A DNA stretch of 64,000 nt from Chrysomallon squamiferum (lineage: Eukaryota; Animalia; Mollusca). Positions 32,898 through 48,886 of this stretch are shown here, piece by piece (position 1 is the stretch's first letter; each line of letters starts with the position of its first letter). A program made the position numbers and the translations under genes. Location of the stretch: the NCBI GenBank assembly GCA_012295275.1, contig CM022675.1, positions 14,322,001-14,386,000 on the forward strand, given 5' to 3'. The notes under the pieces are model-generated. The model saw only the letters and a list, made by a program, of their open reading frames with translations, did no database searches and was not told where the DNA came from.

Positions 32898-35286
32898 ATA
32901 ATTATTTTGGAAAGAGAAACATAAAGAAGAAGGGAATGTAAACTGGTTATTTTCACAGTTAGAAAACTGGTATATCAACGTCAAAAACAGTATTACAAAG
33001 GTGTGACTAGGGCTATATATTTTCCTTTACTCTGACAGTTTCAATAAGTCGTTCGGTATGTCAGAGTCTGCGTCGTGAAGCCTAGGAAGAATTCATCAGA
33101 AAACCAGATTTGTCTTAATTTTAAATGGAATTTTACTTTCCAATTCTCTCTCTCTCTTTTTTTTTTCAGTTTCTTTCTTTTTTCTAATTCTTATTTTATT
33201 TTATCTTGACTATCAATTTATTTTTCTTCGTTTATTTACAAATTATTTAACAGAAAAGCTAAGAAATAATTATTTCTTGTGTCTATGGCAGACATTTAAA
33301 ATAAACTGGTTAACTCAATTAGGTGCTAGTCGGTATATAAACTTTACTTTATACCGTCTGAACTCAGCACTTAATACATTGTTATTAACAGACATAAGAA
33401 TAAGTAAATTAACAAAAATAAATAATACAATAAAATAAAAACTGAAGTAAAGTTCACCCGGCGAGAGAAAAGAGAGAATGATTAAATTTAATAAGAAAAA
33501 AAAAACAACAACTGATACACAAAACTAAATAAAATAAGATAGATAAATAATCAGCAGCAAAATTAACAAACACATACGTAAGTAAATAATTTCCTAGTAC
33601 AGTGCATTTAAATCGATCTTGCGCTTATATAGAAGTTGTTATTAAATATAATTTTTTTATTCTATTGTTGTTCTCGTTGCATTTGCACGTTTAGTCTACA
33701 TTATAAATGTGTAACTAACTCAAACAATCGAAGCTTTGTTTTGACCTGTATAAAATTATTTGTGTCAAAAGACATCGTTAAAAAATACACAGAGTCGTAT
33801 TAAAAGAACATTACTGCTTGATATAAGCGTGTATACTGTACAGGTAACGAATAAAACAATAAAAATGCGGCGTTGTTTTGAATGCAGAGCGCTACCAATA
33901 GACCTAACTTGGTCTATATTCACGTTATGCAAAAATGGCATCGAAAAACCATCGAATTCTGAATTTATATCATTATGTCAGATACTGACTTTGAAAAATA
34001 TTATTATTTATATGTAATCGTTGCAATCCATTGTTGTTGTTGTTGTCGTTGTTATTATTGTTATTATTATATATTCCCCTTTGTTTTCTTCAATTTCTTT
34101 CCTTTGATATTATTCCAGCAGATGTAGATGGTATTTTGAGGTAAAGATTTGCGAACAACAACAACAACAAAGTTATAGATTTGTGTTTTTAATAATATTT
34201 ATACTGTTTATGTTAAAAATCGGTGTGTGTCGGTTCACAAGACACATTTTCAAATAAAAACCCCAGATTATTCTTTTAAGAATACTTTAATGAAAAGAAA
34301 AAAACCCCACCTCAACAATAACAAACAAACAAACAAAATCAACAACAAACACAAAACAGTAAGCAAACCGAACATATTTACGAAACAAAACCCAGTCAAG
34401 AATAATTTTATATTCAGCAAAAAAAAAAAAACAGCAACAAACAAACCGAACATAAGAACAAAATAAGGAACGGTCAAGAACAGTTTTATATTCAACAACT
34501 CTCTTTCTTTCCTGCAGTCTCACAGAACAATAAACACTGTTCATTTATTGTCGTTTCTCATACCGGGACCTATAAAGACTTGTAAAACAAACAATTTTTT
34601 GTTATGTACCGTAACGTTGTTAATAAAACTCGCCTTTGATCAAAGCGGTGGTCCTTTTCTTTTATTACCGTTAAAAAAAGGACATAAACGTTCTCTCAAG
34701 TTCTGCGATAAAGTTTTCATTCCGATCACTGACGGAAATATACGGTTTGGAAAATCATAATTTTTCTGTATTTTTGTTTATACGTATCAGTATATTTATG
34801 TTTTGACTTATCTTTGTTGTTTTAATCTTTATGATGACACATTTTTCAATCTTTATGACAAATAGGAGTCTATGGTTTGGAAAATTGTGTTTTTTGTTTG
34901 AAGTGCTTTTTTCTTTTTTTTGTATTCATTTCTTTTTCTTCTTGTTCTTCAGTTTTTTTTACAGTTTTTTTTTTTTTTTAAATTGTTTTTTAATTTTTCT
35001 TACTTGGTTATTTTGTTTTATCTACATAGTTAAATCTTTATGATAATATATGTCTTATATTTTAATTACACTTGGACTTATCCTGAGTTTGTTTTTATAT
35101 ACAAGAATATATTTATGTTTATACTTATCCTTCTTTCTGAATGTTTATGACGACATAATTTTGAATAGGAAATTATTGTTTTAAAAGCTGCAATTTTAAT
35201 TGACAGCTATTATATATTTATTTTTCACTTATTTGTTACTTTAAAGGTTTATGGGTTTGTGATCGTTTTATTTGTATTTGTGTATG

Positions 35287-35404
<118 letters not shown>

Positions 35405-35770
35405 GTTGAGAGCATTTCAGCAAAATTATTTATTTCTGTTTTATGTTTGTTTATTTACTGATTTACTATTTATATAATGTATTACGATTACACAAATAAA
35501 ATGTCTGTTTGATTTGTAAATGTTTAGGTTCTTTGGGGGTATTATAGTCTAAATACTTATAGTACAAATAGTCTAAATACTTTAACATATTTCTTCTGAT
35601 TCTTTTGTATGATAACTACATAAACATTCAGGAGGCGAGTTTGTTCTGTATAAGATTTCTCAATTATACAGTTCTAATTTTTTATTCAATCTTCCTTCAT
35701 ATAGAGACAATAAAATATTTGAACAACTATTCAGTTATAAAAAGAGAAGAAGAAAAGGGAATTCAAATAT

Positions 35771-35850
<80 letters not shown>

Positions 35851-36318
35851 AATTATCTCTAATTGTATAATTATAAAAGTCGAAATCTCTGTCCTTTTTC
35901 ACTTTTTCATATTTTCTTAGATTGATTTTTTTCTTAAAATTAATTCAGAACTTGTTCTTTGTCTCGATTTTTTTCTTCTTTTTTTTTTTTCTACAATTCC
36001 TCTGTTTCCTCCATCTTTTTAAAATCTTCTCAGCCAGCCTTCGTTTTCCAGATCGGATGGAGCGAGGTCTACACGTCAAAACATTGGTCTACGTTACAAT
36101 ACTATTTACCGCTTGACTGCTAGCGCGGCTTAGAGTTCGTGTCAAATTGCGTAATCATTTTCTAGTTTGCCTTTTTTCTTGTGTTTTAATGAGATCTATA
36201 TCACATTTACATATCTCTTTCAATAGCTCCACTACTCAGTTCTTCTTTAATTCCGACATATACATTAACATATACATGCCGAGATACATTAAAAACATTT
36301 TTATTACTTAATACAAAT

Positions 36319-36420
<102 letters not shown>

Positions 36421-38389
36421 TTTTCCCTTTCTTGTCTCATTAAAGTTTCATTAAATCATTACTGAAAATAATTGCTTCTTTAATAAATAAATAAATAAGC
36501 ATTTATATTTTAATGTTAAGTTAAAGAAACTTATAAAGAAAGAAAAAAAAAGGAGAAAACGAAACAAGAAAAGCAAAATTGTATAGAAAATTGTTTAAAA
36601 TATTTATGTGACTAATCAAAGAAAAAAAAAAAAAAAAAAACGAAAAGTAAAAGAAAAGAACAGAGAAATAAATTACCTTCTCATAAATAATAATTCCAAA
36701 TCAGAGGTCATCTGCAATAAAATGCGCTATACCACACGCAACAAATGGCCGATTTCAGATTTTATTGCGAATGTAAAAGAACATTAAAATAAGTAACAAT
36801 TGTTTAAAAAAACGCTGTTTCTTTTTTTAACAACTTTTGCTTATTTTAATGTAAAGTGAAATAAAAAAAAAATTAATAAAATGAAAATAATAAAAATGAA
36901 ATAAATTTTACATAAAAAATAACTTGATTTGATTTATATTTTAATGTATTTTATATTTAATAGATTGTACTTAATGGAGTTATTTTATTATATATATTCA
37001 GTACACTCTGCTAAACATAAAATTAAAACAAATAAATCAAATGTGTCGTTTCGTTTCGTTTCTTGAAAACTGAATTTCATAATTTGAAAATGACCAACGT
37101 TTACATTGTTGATGACTTCTGCTGACTGATCACCGGTCAAACTTATCGTGAGAAATCCACAACTCGAGCTGCCCTTAACTATCGTAATTAGCTTTAATAT
37201 ATGCATCAAGCCCAATTAATTTGCTAATTAATCACTTTATCCAAGTACTTGTCAACCACACCACTCCAGTTTTCTTAAGTAGGCAGACTGTGATTCCATG
37301 ATCTCCTTATCTCTTTGCTCTAACGGGACGGAATAAAGAGTGAACGAGAATATGAGATATTTGGGCATAGTTGCTAAGGGCATGCGCATAAGACATTATA
37401 ATGATATAATGAATTTATTTTATTTTGTTTATTTATTTATTTTATTTTATTTTATTTTATTTTATTTATTTATTTATTTATATTATATTATATTATATTA
37501 TATTATATTATATTATATTATATTATATTATATTATATTATATTATATTATTTATTTATTTAAGATTCAGTCTTTTAAAATTAATTTTAAATCCAGAATA
37601 TCTGTGACACTGACGACATCATAATTAAACATAATGAAAGTTCAGGTTAATGAAAACTGTAGAGTTTTTCCCTTCTATTCATCGCCTTCGTAAGCGTAGT
37701 TATCACGATAATAATCAGTAATGACAACAGCATAACAAAAATAATAATAAAATAATAATAAGCATAATCATAACAGCATAACAAAAATAATAATAAAATA
37801 ATAATAAGATAATGATAACAGCAACAATTATAATAATAACATTAATTAATCACCCGGCCACCATCCTCAGATTACTTAATAATAATAATAATAAATATGG
37901 TAATAATAATAATAATAATATTAATAATAATAACAATGATAATAAAATAATAATAAATATGGTAATAATAAATGATAATAATAATAAATATGGTAATAAA
38001 TATGATGATAATAATATAATAATAATATGGTAATAAATATTAATAATAATAATAATAAATATAATAATAATAATAATAAACTGTTCTATATCGGTTTTAA
38101 ACTGTTAAATAATAACAGTTCAACAAACAAACAAAATAAAAACAAAACAAAACAAAAAAAATAAATAAATAAAATAAAACAAAAATAAATAAATAAATAA
38201 AAAAAAATAAAAAAAATATATTATAATAATATATTTCTTTAATTAAATAAATGAATAAATAAATAAATGAAATGAAATAATATATATATATATATATATT
38301 ATATAGCCAATAAAACAGACAGAACAAGAGAGAAAAAAGAAAGAAAAAGAAAAGGAAATGGAAAGAACCTTTGTTAATAGTTTTTGTTG

Positions 38390-38438
<49 letters not shown>

Positions 38439-38641
38439 ACACATCACAAATACACATTTATTTAACATGTATAAATATTTTAAAATTTATTTTAAATGTT
38501 TTGATTGTTTAGAAATTAAATGATGATAAATATATCGTTTTAAAAACATAAGATTTCCGACACACGTATAAAATACGATCATTTGAACCAAAAGTTTAAT
38601 TTATACACGTAAAATATTAAAACCTGTCACTAAAATAAATA

Positions 38642-38676
<35 letters not shown>

Positions 38677-38752
38677 AATTTAAATAAATAAATAAGAATA
38701 CAAATTCTAAAAACCTTTTCCAAAAATTAATCTTAATCGTTTATTTCTTTTG

Positions 38753-38802
<50 letters not shown>

Positions 38803-39367
38803 ACACGCGCACTTTCTATCTTTTAGTAAAGACAAAATGAAACGGATTATAACCTTTGTTTAATGTTTAAATAAACAAGCACTAGGTGGAATGCTGAAAA
38901 GAAAAACATTCATATTTTATGAAGTTTTGACTTTTCCGTGTACAAACAAATATAAACATGGATGAAAACAAGTCAATTTCATTTGACACCGATCACGGAT
39001 CTAACACGTGATTCAAATGGGCCAGAACCAATACCGGGTGTCTTGTTCATGTTACGCTAGCTAGACTTGCTGTGTAAAATAATTACACTGGTACTCAGTT
39101 CTAAGATCGAAACAACAGACTTTTGACGCCAGTCAGATTCTAATAGGAAGATTAGTTTCATTTGTAATTGTTAATAATTGTACTAGCTGTTCCTGCTGCT
39201 GTTAGTACTGGAACTAGTATTACCACTACAATTACTACTGCTGCTACAACTGTTACTACTACTACATCCACTGGTATATACCAGTACTACCAGTTCTACT
39301 CCTATTACTGCTACAAAATACCGATACAAAAACCCACCATAATTACGTGTGTGAGTGTGTGTGAGAG

Positions 39368-39426
<59 letters not shown>

Positions 39427-41905
39427 TTCAATCAAGAAGGGAAAATATACCCATAAAAAACAACAGAAAGTAATCAAGTTTTGTGGAAGAGGGAGAAGAA
39501 GAAGAAGAAAAATAATAATAACAGCATGAATAAAATATTTATGATCAATATTTTGAGAAAGTCTATGTCAAGAACTTCTTAATTTCGACGTTAATGCAGC
39601 AATTCATTCAGTGAGTATCACGTGACCTGCACGGTTCATCAACAACGTAGAATTAACATAGCTGCTGTGAAAATGTTTTCGTTTCCAGGCGACGGGTATT
39701 GTTGATAAAATCACGAGAGGTCCGCAGTTTAACACATGGTAACGTGGTTTAGCAATCAACACTGGGCCAGTTCGTCCATCACCGCCGTTAGAACTCGTAG
39801 AGACGGGGAAGGGGATATTAAAGATGTAGTAGTTAAGAAAACATATAATTAATTACTATAATTATTTAAAAATTATTATTATTATTTTAAGGTACAAATC
39901 TACAATACTGGACAGAGTTTAAATGACATTTTTAGAAATTAGCGAGTTTTACAATAATTAATATATACTGAGTCTATTGTTCTTATATATTTATCTTTAT
40001 CTAGCTACCTATCTATGTATCTTGTATATATTTTAATCATTATTTCATTTTCAGCCTCCAATATTTTTTGTAATTTATCTTTAACATTTCTCTTACGAAA
40101 ATGCAAAAAATAAAAATATTTATCCTTTATTTTTAACAAAGACTGGTAGAATTAAGAAATAATACAAAAAATTGGAAGATAACAAAAAGAATTTAAGTCA
40201 TTTTGTTTACTACAAAAATTGTATTTTAAATTATGAGTATATCTATAGGAATAGAGAAAATTAACTTTACAAATAAATAATTTTATTGAGAATGTTCTAG
40301 TAAAGTTAATCATTACTGGTTACATTGTTTTAAATAATAATATTATTATTATTATTATTTTTAATTAATTAATTTATTTATTTATTTGTTTGTTTGTTTA
40401 TTTATTTTTTTTTTTATATTTTTATTTATTTATTTTATCCGGTTTAATTTGTAATCTGTTCATCCTAATGTGCAATACATTTTAACTATTTCTTAGCTAA
40501 TATCCAGATACTTTTATCACGTTCCAGACAGATATCTTCGATTGCAAAAATTGTGCTCACCTGTCTTTGAGAAGGTATATAAAAAATTCCTCTCACAGCT
40601 AAGTGATAGGATGACATCAGTGACATTCCTCTCTCGTATCAATATAACAGAAACAAAAATATTTGTTTAATTCCTAATAAATATCTAATCAAGCTTTACT
40701 TGATAATTTCCTTCAGAGAAAACAAAAATGTATTCTGAAGAATAAAACAGATTCTCTTTTTGCAGTTTATAATTGTTCACTAGAGTAATTTGTAATTTTT
40801 TTTTTTTTTTTTACTGTATCCATGAAAGCTCGTAGATATTTGATGTAATTATAAAAAGAAAAATACATAAAATAGAAATCAATATTTATAGCAAATTAGT
40901 TGGTAATAAATAACGATAATTTGTTTTACAAACAGCTGTGACTTTAGATCAGTCTTCTTCTTTTCGTTCATCCATGTTAAACGACTAATTAACAAAAGCG
41001 ACATCTTCTAGTCTGACGATGAAGGGGCAAATTACTCTCATGATACTATCTTGTGAACAGTTTCTATTTAACCCGGGTCGCTTCTTGCTGTAAACGTTCA
41101 GCTTTTATTAACTCCATGTTCCTAATTATTTCCGATAGCCTCTGCCTTATCACTTTCAGACGCCTCCGTTAATGGGCAAACAGCGCGAGCAATTTGCAGC
41201 GTATCAAAATCAACTGGTATTAATCAAATTAACCGAACACTGATAGGATGCAAGATCTCGCTAAAAGGTCATGTGATGGCGATATTTCGCTACCGAATGC
41301 GTGCCTCGCTGTTAATAGACATCACGGCTGTCTGCAGTAAGGTTTCTGTTAATTTGATAAGAATGTAACTGTTTATCAGTAAGTGTCTTTCCAGATGATT
41401 TAGAGCACAGTTTAATATACGAAATAAATTAAAATGCCTTTATTTCTTATTTATTAAAAATAATTAGAATTATAATAATTATTATTACTAGTACTATTAC
41501 TACTGCTGCTTCTATGAGCAGAAATCTGAGTAGTATTGTACTAATGAAACAATAGCCGCAGTAATCGTTTGAGCAGCAGTACTAGTAGTAATAGAAGGAG
41601 TAGCAGAGTCGTAGTAGTTGCAGCAGCAGCAGCAGCAATAGTAGTAGTAGTAGTAGTAGTAATAGTAGTAGTAGAAATATAGTTACAATAGACATTGATC
41701 TAGGTATGTCTCTACTTATTGATAAATTAAATGTATACCATTACTATAGTGTAATTTAAAAATAAGTAAGTAAGTAAATAAATTACTGTTTGTTCTTATC
41801 TTTATATATATATATATATATATACACACAACACACACAAACACACACACATATCTTATATTTCTGATTTGTCTGGTGCTACTACTACGGCTATTACTAC
41901 TACTA

Positions 41906-41974
<69 letters not shown>

Positions 41975-42519
41975 GTAAATATAAAAGCTAAATTTCAAAG
42001 CAACAAAAATAATTCAACCATTAAACAGATCAGTTAAAATAAAATAAAAATAGAAAAAAGAAAATAAGAAAACTATTGAAAAAAAACAAACAACGGAAAG
42101 CGAACAACATCAAACAACTATAAAAGAGAAAAAACAAATAAACGTAATAAAAACAAAAACAAACAACAACAAATGTAATAAAATAAAAATTAATAAATTT
42201 AGAAAAAAGAGACAAAGAGTATTGAAAGAAACTAGTATGCATTTATTTAATTATGTTTAAACATTCAAATAATCTAACATCCATTTTACTTCATTATTCT
42301 GCATCTTGTGAGGCCCGCTTGTAAACAGAACTGTTAATAACAAAATTAAAATAAAAGTTTTGTTCATTTATTATTAACTAAGGAAAGAACATATTATGAG
42401 GAGAGAAAAAGGAACAAAAAGAGTTAATAATAAAATAAAATATGTAATGTTAATAAATATAATTAAAATAAATTAGTATACAAATAAATAAATAAATTAA
42501 AAATGAAAAAATAAATGAA

Positions 42520-42570
<51 letters not shown>

Positions 42571-43319
42571 ATTAAAGTAATAATAAACAAGAAAGATTAA
42601 ACAATAAAATTCCAACTACATCAGTAGTAACAAAGAAAAACAATAAAAATGGGATTACATTCAGAAAAATAATTTCAGGTTACATCATTTAGCTTAAAAT
42701 AATGATATAGCTTATTTGTTATAATTTATGATTTTTTTTTTTATGCATTCATTACTATTTAATGAAAAAGAAAGAGAGAAGGCAGAATGAGAGAGAGTGA
42801 GAGAGACAGAAAGAGAAAAAAGAAAGAAGGAAGAAAGAAAGAAAGAAAAATATAATAAAATGTGCAAAGAAGAAAAACAAATTTAACAACTAATGAATAC
42901 AACAATTTACTGATGATGATGATGATGATTGTCACAAACACGATGGCAACAACAGCAGCTATAACAACAAACAACAAACGGAAACACCATCTTAATGTAA
43001 ACAAATAAGCAAACAAACAAGTAAATATTTTCTAAAGCAATAAATAAATTCTCCACCTCTTAAATTTACAACTAATTAATATTAAAAACTTGTATCAGAA
43101 TTGCACTGTCACTAAACAACATAATTGCAGAGTTCACGCCCTTCCCATTGTTGCGCCAGTGATCAAACACATTGCAGTGAAAAGGTCAGCAACTCTAACA
43201 TCAAAGGTGGGTAATTCAGCCATAATTATTATGAATGAGTGTTTTAACACAATGCTTTAATTGAGGAAGAGTTTTCAATGAACTCTCCTACAATGGGATT
43301 AATTACTTAATATATCTTT

Positions 43320-43608
43320 TCTCCTCAAGTCAAAGCGAAAATAACACTTCGTTTCGCCGCAGATTGGCGAGGGAGGTGGGTGGGTGGGTGATATCTCGCC
43401 CCGGGGGTAGAAGACATCATCGTCACTCTAACATGAAAGAACTGTCGCTGGAAATTGGTGATCGATCGAGTATAATCAAATATATATGTTCCGGTAATTA
43501 AGTTAGGGGAAGACCGCACCAGTTACCGTGCAGAGGAAAAGATTGTCAGCGCAATTGGAGGCGGAGTTAGAAAGAACGCTGCCTCTTGGTATTGGCGCGA
43601 CGTTAATA
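43320..43608 (+). promoter_or_regulatory. Engrailed proximal promoter / 5' UTR region
   Basis: GC/CpG-enriched non-repetitive stretch just upstream of the ORF, with GGGAGGTGGGTGGGTGG (~43370-43389), several ATTGG (inverted CCAAT) and a TAATTA site. TSS not determined. Confidence 0.5.
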
Positions 43609-44304
43609 ATGACAAGCGCGCTAGCTCCGCCCATATCCTTTACCGAGGACCTTTATAAGATGAAAGCGAGCGGAGATGTTTTAATTCTCGTAACTCGTGA
43701 GTTCCCGACAGTTCGTCGCAATTGTCCGTTAAATCGAATTAGCACGATGGTTGTAGACTTGACTATTAAACAGGAAAATACGTCTTTCCAGCCCTCGCTC
43801 TCCGGATCAGAGGCAAGTTACACAGATTTTAGCATAGACAGAATTCTCAAACCCGATTTTGGATTTAGGAAGCGACCTGCTCCCGGGACTGTTTCGCCGC
43901 ACAGACACACCCAAATCTCCACCCATGCCAGAAATGATAAAGAAACTTCGAAAGTTAACATCCCCCAGCCCTCAAGGGTTGAAGCTCCCGGAGAAAAGCC
44001 AAAAATAGAATTACCAGCCTGGGTGTTTTGTACCCGCTATTCTGACCGTCCGTCATCAGGTACGTGCTGGCTTTTTCATGTGAATTAACACTGGATTTGT
44101 TATTTAACTCACTGTCTAACACTTCTTACATATATAAATCAAAAAAAAGAATGTTCTTAAACTTAACATTTTAATTGTTTTCTTTAGTTTTTGCTAGTAT
44201 TGCTCAGCTTAATAATAATAATGTTGATGACGATGTTGACGACGATGATACTGATAGTAGTAGTCGTAGAAGTGATAATAAAAGTAATAATAATAATAAT
44301 AATA

Positions 44305-44336
<32 letters not shown>

Positions 44337-44853
44337 AATGATAATCATAAATGATGATGATGATGATGTCAATACATGTAATAGTAGTAGTGGTAGTAAT
44401 ATGAAAATGATGATGATGCAACAGTAACAATATTAATAATAATTTTTTATATTTCATTTCCTGATTTGTCATTTTTCTATTTTATTTATACAGATATTAT
44501 GTGTGTGTATACTTTTATTAATTATTTAACTTATAAACTCTCCGCATTTTACAAACATGTACGTGCAGGTTTTGGAAATTGTATTCTGTGAATACGTCGG
44601 GTAGATTAAACCGAAATGTAAAATACAGACACGTAGGAGCAAACATTTAATTTTTATTATTAGTTTTTAATGTGTTTTTCAACAATCTCACGTAATGTTC
44701 GAAAATTCTTAGTGTCTTTCTACAAGTAAACACAGAAATTACAAAAAAATATAATAAAATTTTAAAATTTATGTCTTTTTTCCAATTAATCCCAAAACAC
44801 AATCTTTAAAAATAAACCGCAAAGGTGATAAATCAAGGTCGTATGTGTAATAC

Positions 44854-44891
<38 letters not shown>

Positions 44892-45393
44892 TTTTTTTTA
44901 TGTATGTATATATGTGTGTATGCATGTGTCTCTGTATGTAAGCATGTATGTATGTGTGTATATGTATTTATGTATGGTTATGCATATATGAGTATATTCT
45001 TGTATGTGTGAGTGCGTGCGCGCATGTTCATGCATGAATTCATGTATGTTTTTATGTGTGTGCATGCGTATGCAAGTATGTATGTGTACATGTGTATGCA
45101 TATTTATGCAAGTATGTGTGTAATGACGTATGAATAGGTATGTATGTATGTGGGTGGATTCGGTCGTGCGTGCGTGTGTATATAAATATATATCTACATA
45201 TGTGCATTTACTTAAGTTCGTATAGCATATAATCTATAATAATATGCATATGAATATGCAAATAACTGCCAGGACCGCTGAAATTCAAACACCTGAGAGC
45301 ATGAATAATTATTAATTTTTCTGCATTTTACCTTAAACCTTGATTTCCTCATTCGATTTGTTCATTTCATTACTTTTTTTCGACTGTAGGATG

Positions 45394-45425
<32 letters not shown>

Positions 45426-45631
45426 ATGTATATTTTCCAGGTTTTATTATTAACATTATCCCATTAACAATAAAATATTCAGCATATTAATAATTTATGA
45501 AATTGGTAATTAAAAAGTAAAAAATATGTTCAGTTTCTTTGTAGGAATAATCTGTTCATAAAAAATTAACAAATAAATTAATGTAAAAAAAATAAATAAA
45601 TAATAATAGTAAAAAAAAAAAATAATAATAA

Positions 45632-45670
<39 letters not shown>

Positions 45671-45902
45671 AATAAATAAATTCCCCCAAAATTTAAAAAT
45701 GCAATACTATATAAAACGAATGATAAAAATCAGTTTTTTTAAAAGAATAAAAAAAAGTAAATTAAAAAATAAATATGATGAATAATATAAGTTCTCCAGT
45801 GTTATAAGCAAATAAGAAAATAAATGATATATAATGAAAATAGAAAGAAATAAAACAGAAAGAAAGAAACAGTTTTAAGATCGAAGAATTTTAAATTAAC
45901 AA

Positions 45903-45946
<44 letters not shown>

Positions 45947-47130
45947 TGATGATGATGATGATAATAATGATAATAATAAAAATATAATAATGATGATAAT
46001 GATGATGATGATACTACTATTAATAATAATAATAATGACGACGATGATGATATAAAAATGCAGTTTATTTAACTCGTTGTTTATTCAGTGTTAAGTAGCT
46101 CTATAAATAAGGAGTTAATATCTACATGAAATTTATCGTTTTCGACTCAGACTTAAACTATGTTATTCAATTTGATATTGGTTACCATTGACTGTAATAC
46201 TAATTACATTGTTTAGAATGATAAATGTGTGTAAATATATATAAAAATAAGTTATCACTAAAAGAAAAATTCTCATATTTATTAATGTAAAAACAAATAA
46301 AAAGCAAAATAATGGTAAAGCTGTTGACTGTGACAAGCATTCAAGCAAAATACCTTTTTCTAAAATATATTAGTTTGAACAGAACATAAACGAACGGAGA
46401 AAAGAAAGGAAGCAAAATGTCTGCAGTATTAATACACAATTTTCTAATATATCAGTAACATCAGTAACAGTCAAACGGAAAATGTGTAGGCAAATGAATT
46501 TCTAAAAAAGATTTCAACTAACAGTATATATTTTATAAGAAAAAATGAAATAAAAAGAAGATCATTCGTTTGTGAATCAGAAAGTAAATGAGGAAAGAGA
46601 CAATTTCTAATACGCTTAAAGATCAGTAAATAAACATACAAATAACAAAATGACATCATAATTCAAAAATTACATGAACTTCAGTCAGGAATCCAGTGGA
46701 AAAAAATCTATATTATTAACTTCAATAAATAATTTTTCAAATAGAACGAAGATGACAAGATGATTTCTAAAATATAAACTTCAACAAACAAATAGGAAAA
46801 TGTCAAAAGATAAGAAAAACAATATAATTAAATATATTAACTTTATATGTTACAAAGAGAGTAAAAATGTTAGCATGATAATTTCGAAATAGTATCAACT
46901 TTAGTTAAACAATCGAACAAACAGAAAAAGTAAATTAAATTCTAAAATTAATGTAAAATCTACAATAAAGAAAAAGGAAGAGAAAAATGTATTGTCTTCC
47001 ACATAAAAATAGAAAAAAGTTAGTAAATTCATTTCTTTCATTATTTTTTTATTTCAACAATCTCACACACACACACACATACACACACACACACAACAAC
47101 AACAATAACAACAACAACAACAACAATAAC

Positions 47131-47191
<61 letters not shown>

Positions 47192-47519
47192 TTGACAATA
47201 ATAAAATTCAAACAATGTCCCAGTGAAAACAAACACTAAAGAGAAACTAAACATGTTTACTGTGTTAAATGATAAACTTTAATTAATAAAAATAATACAA
47301 TTACCTATTTCGTTCATTTAGTTAAACGTAGGAAGAAACATTATTAATACGTTCTGCAAACATGTAAAGTTACTCGAAGTTCTGTTGTCACTACAATATT
47401 TAATTCATGCTGATTAAAGAATATTAATTCATGGAGTATAATTCATTCTGGATAAATATTTAGCTCACGCTAACTACTCTGTACTGTTAAATATTTATTG
47501 TTAAATTCAGAGATCATTC

Positions 47520-47602
<83 letters not shown>

Positions 47603-48854
47603 TAATGAATATTTCAAGCTGAGGAAAAGTTTTAATTTATTTCATTTATGCTGAATTTAATTCTTTCTGAAACAGTACTTAGTCACTGCAGAACAGATAA
47701 TTATTTCTAAGAATTAATTCTAACCTTACAGTCAAATATGTTTAATATGTGGTGAATAAATACACTAATTATAATTATTTAAGCATTCCGAACACTTACT
47801 TTTCTTACTAAATAATTTATATATAACATTTAGTGCCAATGAATGATGAACAAATAAACTGTGTGTTTTTGCTGAATAAATACTTATTTCGTGCCAATTA
47901 AACTGTCTATTCTGAATAAATTCTTTGTTTTGGGAGAATAAAACATGCTTCTTACTAAATAAACTGTTTGTTTCTTTCTGAAAACAATATTTAAATAATA
48001 CGGAATAAAAACAGTTCACACTGAATAAATCTGTGTTTTTGAATAAAATAGTCGTGACTTCATAAATACTTAATTTTTCCTTAATACATTCTTTGTTTTT
48101 TTCTGAATAAACAGATCATACTTGATAAATAGCTGGCTCTGAATAAATGCTTTGTTTCTCTTGACTAAATTCATTGTTTTTGATGAATAAAATAGTTCAT
48201 ACTTAATAAAAACCTCATTCTGAATGAATAACTACTGCGTCCTTTGTTCGTGTTCAAACGTGGTTGACATAAAAAAAATAACAACGATTCTTGTTTTTCT
48301 TTCGTGTTTTGCTGACAATTTATAGCTGCTGGCTTTACACCCAAACATTGCAACAGTGTATTGTTGTCCTGATTTTATTCAACTGTCTTAAACCATGACA
48401 TATTCGAGAGAGAGAAAAAAAATTGTTAAAACTTCAACACTATTTTTAAAAAAATACACCATAAAGAGTATTTCAATACGCTTAAATTTAGTTTTCTTTC
48501 GAAATCTAAGAGTCTGGATAACTTTAATAGCTTTTTAAAATGCAGATAGAGTTATATGTACGAGCCAATAAAACTGATAATTACAGAATGCTGCAGTTAG
48601 AATAATAAAACTGTGTTTGAGTGTGACTGTGTGAGTGCGCACGCACGTGTTTGAGATGCGAGTGCATGTTCTAGTTAAGTCTTAGCATTTTAAATAATAG
48701 TATTTTCATTTCAGGTTACGCGCCTGTTACTTCATATTTTTGTTTTTCTTATTATTATTGTCGTTATTATTGTTATTGCTGTTATTATTATTATTATTAT
48801 TGTTATTGTTATTGTTGCTATTGTCATTGCTGTTATTATTATTATTATTATTAT

Positions 48855-48886
<32 letters not shown>

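Noticed and set aside
43528-43608. GTG-initiated N-terminal extension of the engrailed ORF in the supplied track
   Set aside because: Bacterial-style start call; no evidence for non-AUG initiation, so the first in-frame ATG (43609) was used.
48700-48725. Acceptor-like ttttcatttcag|gttacg in the en intron (also 45440) as an arthropod-type RS microexon
   Set aside because: No donor 6 nt downstream and no Arg-Ser coding; runs into a microsatellite.
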